From assembly GCA_001949185.1 (NCBI GenBank), contig BDGG01000001.1, positions 634,128 to 698,127 of the forward strand: a stretch of DNA of 64,000 nucleotides. Reading direction: 5' to 3'. Shown one piece after another: positions 1 to 22,700 of the stretch; the first letter of the stretch is position 1; each line of letters starts with the position of its first letter. The DNA is from Ramazzottius varieornatus. Its lineage: Eukaryota > Animalia > Tardigrada. The position numbers were made by a program, and so were the translations under genes. The notes beneath the pieces were generated by a model. That model saw only the letters and a list, made by a program, of their open reading frames with translations. It did not search any database and was not told where the DNA came from.

Positions 1-1220
1 GCGATTTGCCAGTTCCTGTCGTACACCAACAATATTGAGCTATATAACAGAACGATGATGAAGAAGGAAAAGAGGCTCCGAATGACCGAGCAGATGTTCG
101 GTGTCTAACGGAGTCGGTTTTGCTTCTAATGTGTACTGCCTAGTGGCATTGAGGGACTTCGTGCAGTTCTTGTTGGAGCGGTAAGCGGTCTTGGCTTTAC
201 AACGTCACAGTTTCAGCCCTCCATACATCACAGCGTTACTTTACCGAGTGTTACTCTTGCGCTATTTCGCTTTCAGGTTTGACCCCAAGAACAAAGCGGC
301 ACTGATATTCTGCAGCAAGGAAGACCTTAGGAGCTTCTTGGGAACCGATCACCCGCTGGTCACTAACTTAGAAAAAACTTCCCAGGATGAATAGAGTGAA
401 TCAGACATCATTTCAAGTTTTTAACTACAATGAGCAGCTCTTTCCCAGTCGAGTCGATCGAATGCTGTTAGGAAGGTGAACAGGGAATTATAGTCTTCAT
501 ACGGTCTCCTGACCGACACAAGTAACTTCCGCGATCCCATTACTCACATAGAAATATCAAACGCCCTCAAGCACATTAGCACCATCCTGATACCTGGAAA
601 GGCGTGCGGGTCTTTCGTTTCCTCTTCCGATTTGCTCTCTCACCCCCGATCTAAGATTATGGTGCCACGGTTTAGCTCCGCGATGACGCGCTCGACTTTA
701 CTGTTTCTTCTTCAATGGTTGACACCCACACTGCAGTAAGTCACGTTTCAATTTGTAGTTCCATGACCAGATCGGCTGCCGATGAATGAGAAATAGCACT
801 GCAAGAAGCAGAATAAAATCTTGAAGTTCCTAAAGAGGCAGCTGGAGAAGAAATCGGTCTGTATCCAACTTTATTGGCGGAGGAAATTAACCACGGACAA
901 ACAGCAACCTTCCAAAATTAGAGGAAGAAAAATGAAAACAATGACGCGTCCAGTTACTGAAGAATATCACACTGATTGGCAAACTGCCACAACGAGATAG
1001 AAGAAGCCAGCTGATGTGCGAGGTACAAAAGTTATGCTGAAGAGCTTACTTCCAGTATTTCACCACACAATGTCCAAGTCTATGCTTTGACTCCACTCTG
1101 CGAACACAGCTATAAACACAAAGCGCAGTCTACTATACAAGCGTCGTCCATGGATCTCGACCTGCATGAATGAGAACTTAAAGTACTAAGATCTTTCGGT
1201 GACTTCCGGTGCTCAGGAGC

Positions 1221-4215
1221 TTAGAAGACGTTCTCCAGGGCTTCAAAGTCCAGAATGGGCCGTTCCTTAATCTCATCAAGCTCAACTTCACCGTAAATCT
1301 TCTCGGCAGACTCCATCGGGTACACTTTGTACGCGGGCTGGTTGGCTTGGAGACTCTAGGATACCAAGAAAGCGAAGATTAGGAATCTCAAATAGAAGTC
1401 AAGGTACTTTATCATGCCTGAACCGAAACAACCCCCTGTTTCCTACTTCAAAAGCCAATAACTTTTAACATTGGGCGATCCAAATAGAAACCATAGTACG
1501 CTGCGCGAGCTGGCCGGTGGTCACTACCCTGTTTTCTACTCGATTATCCCAAATGCGTCAGATCGGGCAGTTTAAATAGACATTCAGGTTCATCGCCTGT
1601 TGTTAAACAGGCAGAGAACCCCGATATCTATTTCTGAAGTCTAGAATGGATGACTATTTTGTCCGTGTTTATTTTGATGGGAAGCTTGTTCGTCAATGTC
1701 AGACTTCAGTGACCCACCTCGCCCTGGTCGATGATCCGGACGAGTGTTCGGAGTATACCGACATCACCTCTGGGTACTTCGACCACCTCGAGGTTCTTCT
1801 CCGTGACCATTTCGCTTTCTGCCGCCATGGAGAACTCGGGGATAACGAGGACGCCGTTCTGGCTCAGACACCTGGCCGCTCGCTTCTGAGATCGCTCTTC
1901 GTGTGTCAGACACACGGCCATCTCGATGGTCTTGGCCAGGATAGCCTGGAGCTTCTCAATCAGGCGTTCCTCGTGCTTCCGCTCGTCCAATAGCACAACT
2001 TCCTCCGCGCCTAGAATAATAAGAACCAATCAGCAAACAAACAACAATCGCATTTTTCAGAAATAGGGGAATATTCCCCATACTTTACGTTACAGAAAAG
2101 TTTAAAAAAAGAGGACGTGGTCGGCTTTTTCTAAGGTTTCTTCGAATTCATGCGAAACAATCCCGAAAAAACATTCAAGAATTATTTCTTAAAATAGAAA
2201 AATCCGCAAGAATTTGGAGAAAATATTTACCTAATTGTTGGGCAATCTTGAGACCTTCCCAGTCGTCGGAAGCGACGATGATATGAATTTTGTCCTTGAT
2301 GCGTGATGAGCTGTAGCGTAAAAGACGCACCAGCCAGTGTGTCAATGAGCCAGCGCCGAATATCAGAATGTTACAATGCCCTGCAACCATCAAACAAGAA
2401 CGATCGTAACAATAAACCAGGGTACCAAGTTACACATCGATCCATCTTATCATGTCATCAGAACAAAACTTGAACAAGACTGTTAGAACTTCCTTATTAG
2501 TCTCTCAAGTCCACAGACGCGCTTCGGGCTTAAACCCACAAGTTGCGTTTTCGGATCGAGAAAAGAGCGGGGAGGAATCTTACCGTTGACAGAGACCAGA
2601 CGTTCCAGCTGCTTTTGCGAATGTATCACGGCAGACATGGCTAGAGTACCACCGGTGGGCAGAAGAGCCCCCACTGCCAGGCTAATGGAAGCCGGCAGTT
2701 TGACGATGTTGTTGAGCTTCCGGACAATCAGGAAGTCTGCATATCTGCAACAGAAGTTTTTATTCGACCAGCAAGTTCGCATTACGATAAAGATATAAAA
2801 TCCAATTCGGAAAACTGAAAATAAAGTAACCATTTGGGAGGCCAACCGACAACATTTACAAGATCGTCAGCTCAAGCGGCGCAAGCTGCCACTGGATGAC
2901 GCTGAAAACATGCGCCACTTAAGAAGACGGTATCATCAGACCTCCCAAGCGACGCACGTACTCAGCCTTTAAGAATGGCAAAGTGCGCCACTTGATAAAA
3001 CAATCTTGACGAGTCTCTTTGCCGCGCTTCTGAATATTTTTCTCAAATTTCTTCCGTGTTATCTGTGTTGTACAGTAAGTTTTCTTACCCTTGTTGGGTT
3101 ATTTCTTCATCGGGAAAGACAGTGACTGGATCACCCACAGCCAGATCATGTGAGATCACCTGGCTGCCCATCGATTCGATAACGCCGGAGACTTCGAAGC
3201 CTGCCAAAAAAACAGCAGATTAGTCTGGCCGTTCATCACACTTTTCGTAAGGTGCTCCTGTCAATGAATTTCCGTTAACATGCCGGAAGTTGCACCTGTC
3301 AGCGATAACGTTTCGTTCGCGTAAGGCCTGGAGCGTGCGGTAAGAGCCATGCCAGTATTCTCGTAGCCTTATCAAACTCTGAGAAACCTGCTCACGTGCT
3401 ATCGCTGCTGCATACTCCACATTTCCTCAAAGAACCCCCAGGCCTTGAAACTTCCGATAATCAGTCATACGAGATAAACATGGACTGCTGAACTTACCGT
3501 CAAAGACATTTCCATTCCTGAATCCGGAAGATCCTTTGCGGAACGGCGCGGCATTCAAACCCTGCAAAAACCAAACGCCACAATCAACTTCCGCCATTCA
3601 ATCAACCGAAACAACACGGAAAATTCCACAAAAGGGACAAAGGGGACAATTCTTCGTTCCCAACCGTTTTTTTTGTTCCAGAAATCTCTCCAAAAATCTC
3701 CAACTGTCAACCAATCAACCGAAGCCGGTCCCCATCCTATTATTCTACTTTTCATTTTGTTCCATCAGCTTCGTGTATCAAAGTGAGACAAGTCAATCAA
3801 CCGCGAAAGACTGAAAACTTTTCAAACTCTTCCTGACTTTCGAAGAGAGTTGGTTTCAGTGGCAGTGGTACTTACGGGAACGTAGCAGAGGCCAGCGTAG
3901 CAGACACGGATCCTGACGCCATCTTCGGGGACATCAGGAATGGCCAGATCGAGGAAAGGCCGTTCTTCCGACAGGCTGAAGCTAATCTTGCGCATGCCGA
4001 CCATGCTGGATGTGGAGGTGATACTTTGGGTACTGGCCTGTCCTGCAACCAACACAAGCCAGAGGCTGAGCACCCTTATTTCTCCCCCAAAGGCCAGTTC
4101 GGAAGCTTAGCTACCTTCACGTTAGGCAATATTTCCAGGGAACACAGACTCAAAGGAGCATCAAGGGAACGAGAGCTGGAAGAATGTACTAACTTGTCAA
4201 AGAGGCGCAGCTCAT
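1221..4215 (-). CDS. Atypical medium-chain dehydrogenase/reductase (zinc-ADH-like fold), about 8 exons
   Basis: Spliced reading gives MSCASLTRQAS..., VRIRVCYAGLCYVP, FDGFEVSGVIESMG...LAVGDPVTVFP, GYADFLIV...VKLPASISLAVGALLPTGG, ILIFGAGSL, ending ...RPILDFEALENVF* (TAA at 1221-1223). The junctions checked are GT-AG and phase-consistent. Motif order matches the GroES-like plus Rossmann MDR domains. The first exon (ATG 4215) is inferred from phase. Confidence 0.8.
2860..3012. repeat. Two tandem copies of the AAGTGGCGCA-N27-TGCGCCACTT palindromic element (intron of ADH-like gene)
   Basis: aagcggcgca(2883)...tgcgccactt(2911) and aagcgacgca(2956)...tgcgccacttg(2984). Both gaps are 27 nt. Confidence 0.75.
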
Positions 4216-4857
4216 GACTTCAACACTATCCTCTCCACGCGGTCCAAGGTTCTTCGTCGGAAGATCAAGTCACAGTAAGTAACTCCTTCTTCTCTTATAG
4301 CAGAAACACCCGTGATGAAACGTGGAAAAGATAACTCGGTCCAAGTGATCATGCAAGACGACTCTTCATGATCATCTCATGGCCGCCTTCTGTAGGCGCA
4401 ATGACAGTCACGGCTCAAGTAGTCGTCCTCTCCTTTACCGAGGCTATTCCCCTAAATAAAGCACCCACGAGGTCTTCACGATGGCTAGAATCATCTAAAC
4501 GCCAGCTCTAGGACTTTGTCAGTAAACACTGCTGTGCACGATCACGCGCTGCAGCTCCTTTTTGCCATAGCCCCCACTCGACTTGGCGCACTGGCTGTAC
4601 GACCCGATGCTTCATCATGTTCACGCCCCAACCGCGTGGTGATACACTCGAAAGCCTTCATTGCCGTAGTATACCGTAGTAGCTGGCATGATAAATACAA
4701 GTATACTTCATTCATTCCTCGTAGATAGAGTATGTGCATCACTGTCGTAGCACGAGTTGAACGCATGATCCAATGTTTGAAGCACGCCGCTTCCGCCTGA
4801 GTGTTATGCATAAACTGAGTATTCTCTGCCATTCAGCGAAAAATCGAACCTTAAAGC

Positions 4858-5446
4858 TAGAGATGGGATAAGTGTGATTTACCGAAATTTACCGTAATTT
4901 ACCGAAACTAAATCGAACTTATCGATTTGGTATGAGAAATGACCGAAACCGAAATTATCGGTATGAGTCTCACACCGAGAAACCGATTTCGGTGCGCGTT
5001 CGCACGAAACCGATACCAAATCGAAATTTTTCGGTAAATTGAAACATACCGAAAGGCCCAGAAAGATGAGAGTTTGACCGATTTCTGAGCGATCCCGAGA
5101 AAGTTTTCGGCTTACAGACTGTATCTCTGCTAACTTAGCTTGATAGGCAGCCATCCGGTGGAGGAAAACCTTCCAACATCTCAAGACACGCCAAGCGTTG
5201 TACACTTGCGGCTCGCCCCGTTTGGGCCAGCTTTACCTGGTTTTTCTTGTTAATAAGAAAAACTTTATATTTTTTGGTTTACAGATTCTTCGGTTTGATC
5301 TGAAGTGATAAACCGAAATTTCGGTGCAGCAATTTACCAAATCAAAAATATCGGTGTGACTTCATACTGAAATTTTCGATTCGGTGGGAGAGTTTACCAA
5401 ATCGGAAAATGCCACACCGAACGTAATCACACTTATCCCATCTCTA
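4858..5446. mobile_element. hAT-type non-autonomous element (MITE), 589 bp
   Basis: Perfect 22-bp TIR TAGAGATGGGATAAGTGTGATT / AATCACACTTATCCCATCTCTA. 8-bp TSD CTTAAAGC at 4850-4857 and 5447-5454. Many subterminal ACCGAAA/TTTCGGT repeats. Confidence 0.9.
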
Positions 5447-7385
5447 CTTAAAGCTGCTTGCCTGCTGAGTGCTGCATGACGGAAGGAAGAGAGTGTGCAC
5501 TATGAAATTTCGAAACCAGTTTACGAGGGAGGCGAGGAACGGTGAATGCTGTCATGCCAAGCGTTACTTCGTTAAGTATAGGGCGATTCCATCAATCACG
5601 AGCTCAAATAAATGGCCGCAGTGACGTCACTGCGCATGAAAAACGGTTCAAAGGTGCACTTTAAATTCCGGCCTTCGAACTGCCCATGCGGCTGGTGTTT
5701 TATTGCTGCTCCAGACATTCTTTGCCCATCGAACCTGCCGTGTTATCAGTCTGTCAGTTGATCACCGTCTTACCAAGACAGTTCACTCGTAAAAAGTTAG
5801 GGCAAAGTCGAACGTCTCCCAGACGACCGAAAAAACCGAATCATGGACTTGGGTTCATTTCTACGCTGGACGACCGGGAGTCCAGGCTTGAAGACATGCG
5901 TGGACCTTATGGCTTGCCGACGGCGGCCAGAATGCCCGCTGGGCAGAGCTGGTACAGTCCACACAGGTGGCGCTCCTGTGCTGAGAGATTAATCGCATGT
6001 GGCGCCATCTGGTGAACTGTTCTTCGCCCGCCAGATGTCGCTTGGGTACCGACCACGGCACCCCATGGCCCACCAGAGTACCATTGGCCCATTATTTTCG
6101 GATTCTCATTCTACCCAGATCCCTTCTGAACCTCTTTGACCTCTCTCGTGCAAAATTTTCCCACGCTGATTTCGGGTCATGCGGCGTAACCAGCTAAGTT
6201 TCAGTTTTCGTGACTGGGGAGCAATAAAAGCTCGTAGCACAAGCCGGTCCATTCTTTTGCTGGTCAGTGCGATTGCTCCCTTCTTGACGCCGACTAGTTC
6301 ATCAGCTCGTAATAATTACACAGCATATGCCGCAACTTAGGGAGAGGCAATCACTGTTATTAATAATGATAACGTATAAATGGGCCTACACGATGCTCTC
6401 GTAGCTGTTCACTTCGTGTACAAGTGCGCAACGCTCTGCGCTACTCGACACGCCAGTGAGTAAGTCGACGACGAGCGCACTTCCTTTTATGGCGCGCCGT
6501 CTGACGACGTCAACAAGAGAGCTGAGCTGCTGCCCAGCATTTCCGGTCTGTGGCTGTGAATTATACCCTTGCTTTCCCTCAAAGAAAACCGTAAAGTGCT
6601 CATTTACCACGAAAAACACCTAATGCTTAATTCAAGCCACCACACCGTCATGCAAACTTGAAATTTTCTCAAAGACCAACTGCCGTGCCGCTCAGCGAAC
6701 CTCAAACACTTTGAAAGGGAGACGTGAGATTACACCGAAGCCCGCACAGAAGCGGCATGACAAAAAACGAGTGCGAGAAAAAACAGGCACGTCTTTATCG
6801 TTGTCGGTTAAAATTCCAACGGGTTTTTCTGCCCACTTCCGCGTTCGGCCACCCACATAACGTTCCATTGGACAGACAAACCATACACCACCCAATCCAA
6901 ATTGCGAATCGATCCCCCCACCCGCCCACAAGGTGGCCTTACGGACCACGCTGTCTGAGCAAAGGTCGTGCCGACCACTCACAAGCCTCGGCGGCCAGAC
7001 TTTACAGGGGGTCTCACACACTTCCATCGAGGGCCATGAGGAATCTCAGCACGCCCTGGAGGAGTTTCTAGTAACAGGCTACGCAAACATGGGCATTGTG
7101 GATTTATGACGTGCCAGAAGTGTGACAGACCAAACAGATGAGAGAGAGATACCCATATCTACATGCGCATATCTACTCTACAAAAGTCTCGTACTTTGCA
7201 CCATCATTGACAAACGCGTGTTGTCCTCCATCCCATGATCCGATCTTAACTTACCAAACATCTCAGTGTGAGTTAGTGACCTGCATTCTTGTGTTACAAC
7301 AGGAGACGGAAAGATCTGTGCTTCTCTCTGGATTACCATCCCCTGCATTGCGGGAGCAAAGGGATCTTCGCTCAGCTGATCGACC

Positions 7386-16979
<9,594 letters not shown>

Positions 16980-19454
16980 TCACACAGTCCCCCGTATAGA
17001 CCAGACGTAAGTCGGCGCCGCTTTGCCCCTGCGGAAAAACCCTTGGCTGTAAACAAAGATGCCTCCCTTGCTTGCATTTTGCTGCCTTTAACGATGAACA
17101 TGATAATGAGCTCTATTTTTGAACTCTACGAGAGTTATGTGACTTTTTCGTCGCTAATCCGGTTCTATGAAAAATAATTCTCTGTCTCCCCTTTCTTTTA
17201 ACAGTTGCCTTTTACATTTTGCGCCTTTTGATGATGCATAATATTACGTGTAGATTTTAACCCGGCTTCTTCTCTTTCTTAGTTTTACTCTGACAAATCT
17301 TATCATTCTACTGTTTTACCATCACTTTTAGGAAGCTGATTACTGTTTTAACCTTTTAGTCGGTCCAGAATCTCTTGTTTCACCATTTTTATCTGCTGTT
17401 GTATCTTGTGACTGCTCTGCAGTCGTCTGCGTTTAGATTTATGCAAAATGTGTCTTACTTCCCTGTACCTGAGGTTAGTTTTACGTTGGATGCCTGCGCC
17501 CATCGTTCGTGAGGCGAACGAACGTTCTACAACTAGCGCAGTTTACTCGCTACTCGCCAGTGAATCGAGGGCGAACTTGTGTCACACGGATGAGTTTCCG
17601 TCCAGGCTGCCGCCTTTTCGACAGCCAAGGAAAGCCATGCAAATTTGCCATTCCAGAAATGCTGAAAGGAAAACTCGCAAAATTAGCCCGCGGGAAGAGT
17701 TTATTTGAAACTGCCGTTCCTCCGGTTTTCCCGGTATATACTCCCCTTCCGAAAAAGTGACATCGCGAAGTCTGCTATCGATAACATCGCGAATTGTCTT
17801 GTTTCCCAAGGTAGAACACTAGCTGTAGTTGGGGGTGGACGTTGCGCGCGTATACAGGGTCCGACCATCTTTAGAGCCTACCAGGGCTTCGTCCTTGCAC
17901 ATTGAACTTTCTGAGCTGAGAAAGCCTTCCTGGCGTTAAACATGGGCGTCTCAGGTGTCAAAACGAATGCTCTGTCGTTTAGAAATAATTTCGTCGTCGT
18001 GGAAAACGTTTTGAACCCAGGAGAATTCTTTTAAGTCTGTCGAAATTTCAATGGATCTTTCAAATGTTCAGTCTTTGGTTTATCGCAAACTCAGTCCTGT
18101 AATAAAATGCGCCAGTTGACCCGGGCAGCGAAAAGAACGCTCGGCCTTTGCAGTGGTCAGAACCACGAGCTAGTTTTAGAAAACGGGGGCAACTTTGTCG
18201 TAACAGACTGTATGACCAATGCGCCACCTAGGCAAACTGCTCAGTTCTGCCCCGCCATTTTTCTTTCGACCTTCAGTACACGGACCTAGTCCTGAAGGGC
18301 TCAGCATAACACCTGAGAAAAGTTTACTCGCTTCAGTTAACTAGTCAGAGCTGCTGATTTTCATTTAATGGTGAATAGTTCGTTAAAACATCGATAGCTG
18401 AATCGTTACGCGATGGGAAAGTTACAACGTCGGCGTCAGAAAACGCAACTTCGTCTTGACCGCATCGCGAGTTTTGCCTATGCGTGATGAAATGTTTAGA
18501 CAGGAACACAGTATCAAGACAAATAAACAAGTTTTATGGCATCTTGTTCATCCTGTAAACTGTTGATGAATCTTACGAAAGAATCTCAACGCTTGCCAGA
18601 CGACATGCGGACGGAAGAGGAAGAGGAAGAGGAAGAAGGGAACAGCTGCTGATGGCGGCGCTGACGACAGTGTTTACTCTCGCCACATTACAGAACGGTT
18701 CTCGGGGTCCAGGAAGGGATTTACAGAGATTTCATAATTACGGGCCATTCTCTCTTATATAGTCGACAAACTTTGAACCATGTATCCGCAGTGCACAAAG
18801 CGTGTCATAATCTTCGATCAGTTTGCTTTTTTTCCTTCTCTCAATCTGGATTACTTCCAAGCCAGAAACTCGAGCAGAAGATGCTTTCTGCCGTGTCGCT
18901 CAAAAACAAGAGCTGTCACGCAGGGAAGTTGCGTAAGTTAGACTTCGTCTATACATCATCCTGATTGATCGCAGAAAAAACTCAGCGGCACACTTCGCAC
19001 TTTACTGCCACGTCTTCAGTACAGCTTGGCAGCTTTAAGTTCATCTTCTCAAATATCCATCACGCAATCATCTTCCAGTCAGAATGTTCCTTCCCTCGCA
19101 TTTTTATTGCTTCCCGTTAGGTCAATCCACCAATCAACCTGCTCAGATGTTCGTTACCATGCATCACCGTGGTTGATCTGACTTAATCAACTGATCCATT
19201 TCTGGACTTTATTGGCGCGCTTTTCTACCATATCGCTTTCTGAGTCTTGCGTTCCCCTGAAGGAGGTTGACCCTTGTGCACAGCTTTTTACCGAGAAGGA
19301 GGAGAACGTTCAATTTGTAATCGCTACGTGGACCCATTACAGTTCTCACTTAGAGTCCCACTCAGTGCCACATCATCGCACGGCCTCTCTACTGCGCCTG
19401 CATTCATCAATTTCCTGACACAGCGTGGCGCACTTCGATCCTTTTCTTCAACTG

Positions 19455-19492
19455 CCTTCCTTCCTTCCTTCCTTCCTTCCTTCCTCCCTCCA
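19455..19492 (+). repeat. (CCTT)n microsatellite
   Basis: ccttccttccttccttccttccttccttcc is visible directly. Confidence 0.85.
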
Positions 19493-19796
19493 TCCCTCCT
19501 GTGGGCTCTCTTGCGTGGCGTTAAACGTTGCTTCATTCCTGCTCCCTAACAGTTATTACCGACAAACAAGGCCCGACGTTAACCTTTCGCCTGGATAGCC
19601 TGAGGTTCTTGTGTGACGTGGGCGAGAGAGGGATCAACATTGCGGAACAAGGGTTGTTGCCAACAATTCCACCGTGCGCACACCGGTGTGTGTCAGGCAC
19701 ATCTGTCGGTAGTCATCCCTCGACTTCATGCATGCCGGCTGCTGCGGCTGCTGCTGCTGCTGCTGAACGCTGGACGACTGTCTCATCAATCCTTCA

Positions 19797-22700
19797 ATGT
19801 TGCCTGACAAGGATCGCAAGATGCCGGTGGCACTCAACTTCCTGGATTTGGCTGAACCGCGCCTAGGTAAGCATAGCTATTATTCCCGCATTACAATAAC
19901 ACCATATGTGGGAGTGACGTTAACGATTCCAGGACGTGAAAGAGTGCTTTAGTATTATCATACTAATTTTAAAACTTCCTTGACGTACATTGAAAATTCC
20001 ACACGCATGTTGGAAAATGGTAGTCAGTATCATCTAGAAATTCTTTCTTGGTCTGGAGATAATTCGTGCTAAGGAGGACGTGAATTTACGTATTGATTGG
20101 TGGATTGAATGTGGATCTGGGGCAGTATTGACAATGAACTGTTTCCGATCTGTTACAGCGGATAATCTCAAGCACAATGGCGAAACCTTGGTCAAGTTCA
20201 TCGGTGTCGGTAAGTCGGGTCTAATCTGCAATTTCCATAGATGATTTCGATCGGCGATATCAATAAGATTGGGGTTGAATCCCTGGAGGACTATGGTCCA
20301 TTCTTTGGCGGGACTTTCTTCCAGCGAATGATGTGATCGTTAACGATGGAAGATGGGATTATTTCCTAAGTATCATGAGGTGTCAGGGTGAGGTAACTTC
20401 TCCATGCTTCTTTGGCGATGATCATTTGGCGTACGAACGTATACTGTTTACTTTACTCCACGTTGGTTGCCAAAGAACAGTTGGCTGTGGGCCATCTGAA
20501 TACTTCATGTGCTAGAACAATCAGGCGGAAAGGAGAGTAGGTTGATGGACAGCAGGGAGAATTGAACCAGAAAAGCTTAAATTCCCATTATCTGGTGATC
20601 GACAATTCACCACCAGGAAGAATTACTTGGCATCGATTACTTCAAACGTGAAGACATTCAACATCTAAAGATCCACAACTCGATTATGGCATTTTTGCGC
20701 GTGTTGAACTGAACGAGCTCTGCAGTTTTTTAAAGGCTACGTTCGTATTTCACAAACCGTGTAAGATTCGCCAGGCGCGCCTTTCTTCTGCTTTTTGTGC
20801 GATTGTTAAATTTTAGACACCATAAGACATTTTGAAACTTTTTTTTGCTTGGAAAACTACGCCAAGGACATGACTTTTCAGGGCTTTGAGAAAGAACCAA
20901 GTGGAGAGTAATTTGCAAATGATGGGCGAAAGTAGGGCAGAATTTTTTCAGTGCATTCTCAGCAGTTTGGCGCCAGCACACTAATTTACAGCTATGCCCA
21001 TCAACTCTTGCCGGGATATTGACATTTGATTATGACAAGTCACAAACCCCGTCTCGTCTTTGATGCATCTACTGGTTCGAACTGCTAGACCGCAAAAAGT
21101 CATCGTCTATATTTGTGTGTTCCGCTCGATATTCGACGGGACGTAATTAGGTCAATCTTCAGCGCTGCACTCTCAAGTCGATCTTTATCCCCACTTTCAC
21201 TTCACTGCGTTTACCCACACGGCAAAATCTTCGAATATTTTTTTAAGCAGCATACTGTAGTAAGAATAAGAGGAAAATTTAATAATGTGCAGCCGAAAGC
21301 CGTATGGCTTGATACCTTCAAAGAGACTGCAGCGGCAACCAGCCACCAACAATAACCATATTATTTCATTCATAAGGGTGTGACGCTCATTTCGCCCAAT
21401 GTTGGTGATTAAAAGTGACCGGTGGATCCACGGGGAATATTTTGGCACATTAAGCGAACAATTTTGAATGATGTGATGCTATGCGGAGGTCTAATGAGGG
21501 TGGGAGAACTGGCACTTGAAGAGCGGGCGCAGTGTTGCTTGAGGTTTTTAATATTATGGGCGAATAAACAGTGTGAAAGAGAGTTGGAAGTCGTGTTGCT
21601 GCACTTTATCAAGTATTTACCATTTCGTAATAATTTGTTGACTTTTTCCACTGCTAGTTCCTGCCGGCTTTCAGATCCTTTCATCTACTCTAAATACAAT
21701 TTCCGGGTGTTAGGTTTGAACGAAAGAAAGCTAACCATTTCAAGCAGTTCTCAGCCTCAAACATATATAAACACCGGCAAATTAAAAACAAGAACCCGAC
21801 GCTCAAAGGTACCAAAAGAGCGAACTCTCGTTGATCATGACGCTATTCAACTGAAGAAAAACTCTAGAAACTCAACGGGAAGAATAAAATCATTTGGGTC
21901 TCCATTCTGGTTTGGTTTTTCATGTACTGTATGAAAACTTTTCAGTCCTACTGCAAATCGCATCGAAGCTTTCTCGGGACTACTCTTGATGACGTGAGAT
22001 TTTTGCGCGTGTGGTTACCGGAATCGGTTATGTACCTGTGTACGTGAGACACAAGTATTAATATCAATAATCCGGCTCCTCCATTTACGTACCTTATGCT
22101 CGGACTGGCCGAGTAAAAGCAGCCAGTGCCGTTCAACCTAGCATTGATCGTCCACAGGGAACCGAATGCCCTGCTTCCTTCCAGGTGCGCCAAACACGGC
22201 CGGTTGTTCCTTCGTCCCTTTCAGCGTTTGTCTGTCACGTCTTTTCCACGCACCTTCGGCTCAAATTTCAATAAAGCAACGTATGGACGTGTAGTTAACA
22301 AGCCCTTCAACGAGCAACTCCAAGATCCTACCTTTTTTAGCTTCTCGCACGTGCGTGCCTAGTCCCGCCGTCGGTTTTATCGACCTCATTAGACTCATGA
22401 CAAAAATTGATATTAGCATAATTATGATTCCTGATATAAGCTCTTCCGTGACGGTAAAGATGGTCTACAGTCAGTTGTGGATTGTTGGACTATAGTTCAC
22501 TACGGGGCACCTACTGTTAGGCCAGTCTGTCCCGCTCGTTCGTATTAATACCTGCTCAGGAGCGAGAGCCAGTCGGGCAAATTGATTTTCAATGAACTAT
22601 TTCGACTATAGTGTGGGTGTGATACAATAACCTATTTGTTTAGTATACTTCACCGCCGCTCAGTTTCCTAAGGTCCTTTGAAAATCAATTTGAGCAGAAA

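Noticed and set aside
1-394. Possible 3' exons of an upstream gene (FDPKNKAALIFCSKEDLRSFLG...)
   Set aside because: Splice-like sites exist, but no consistent frame or recognisable domain could be built.
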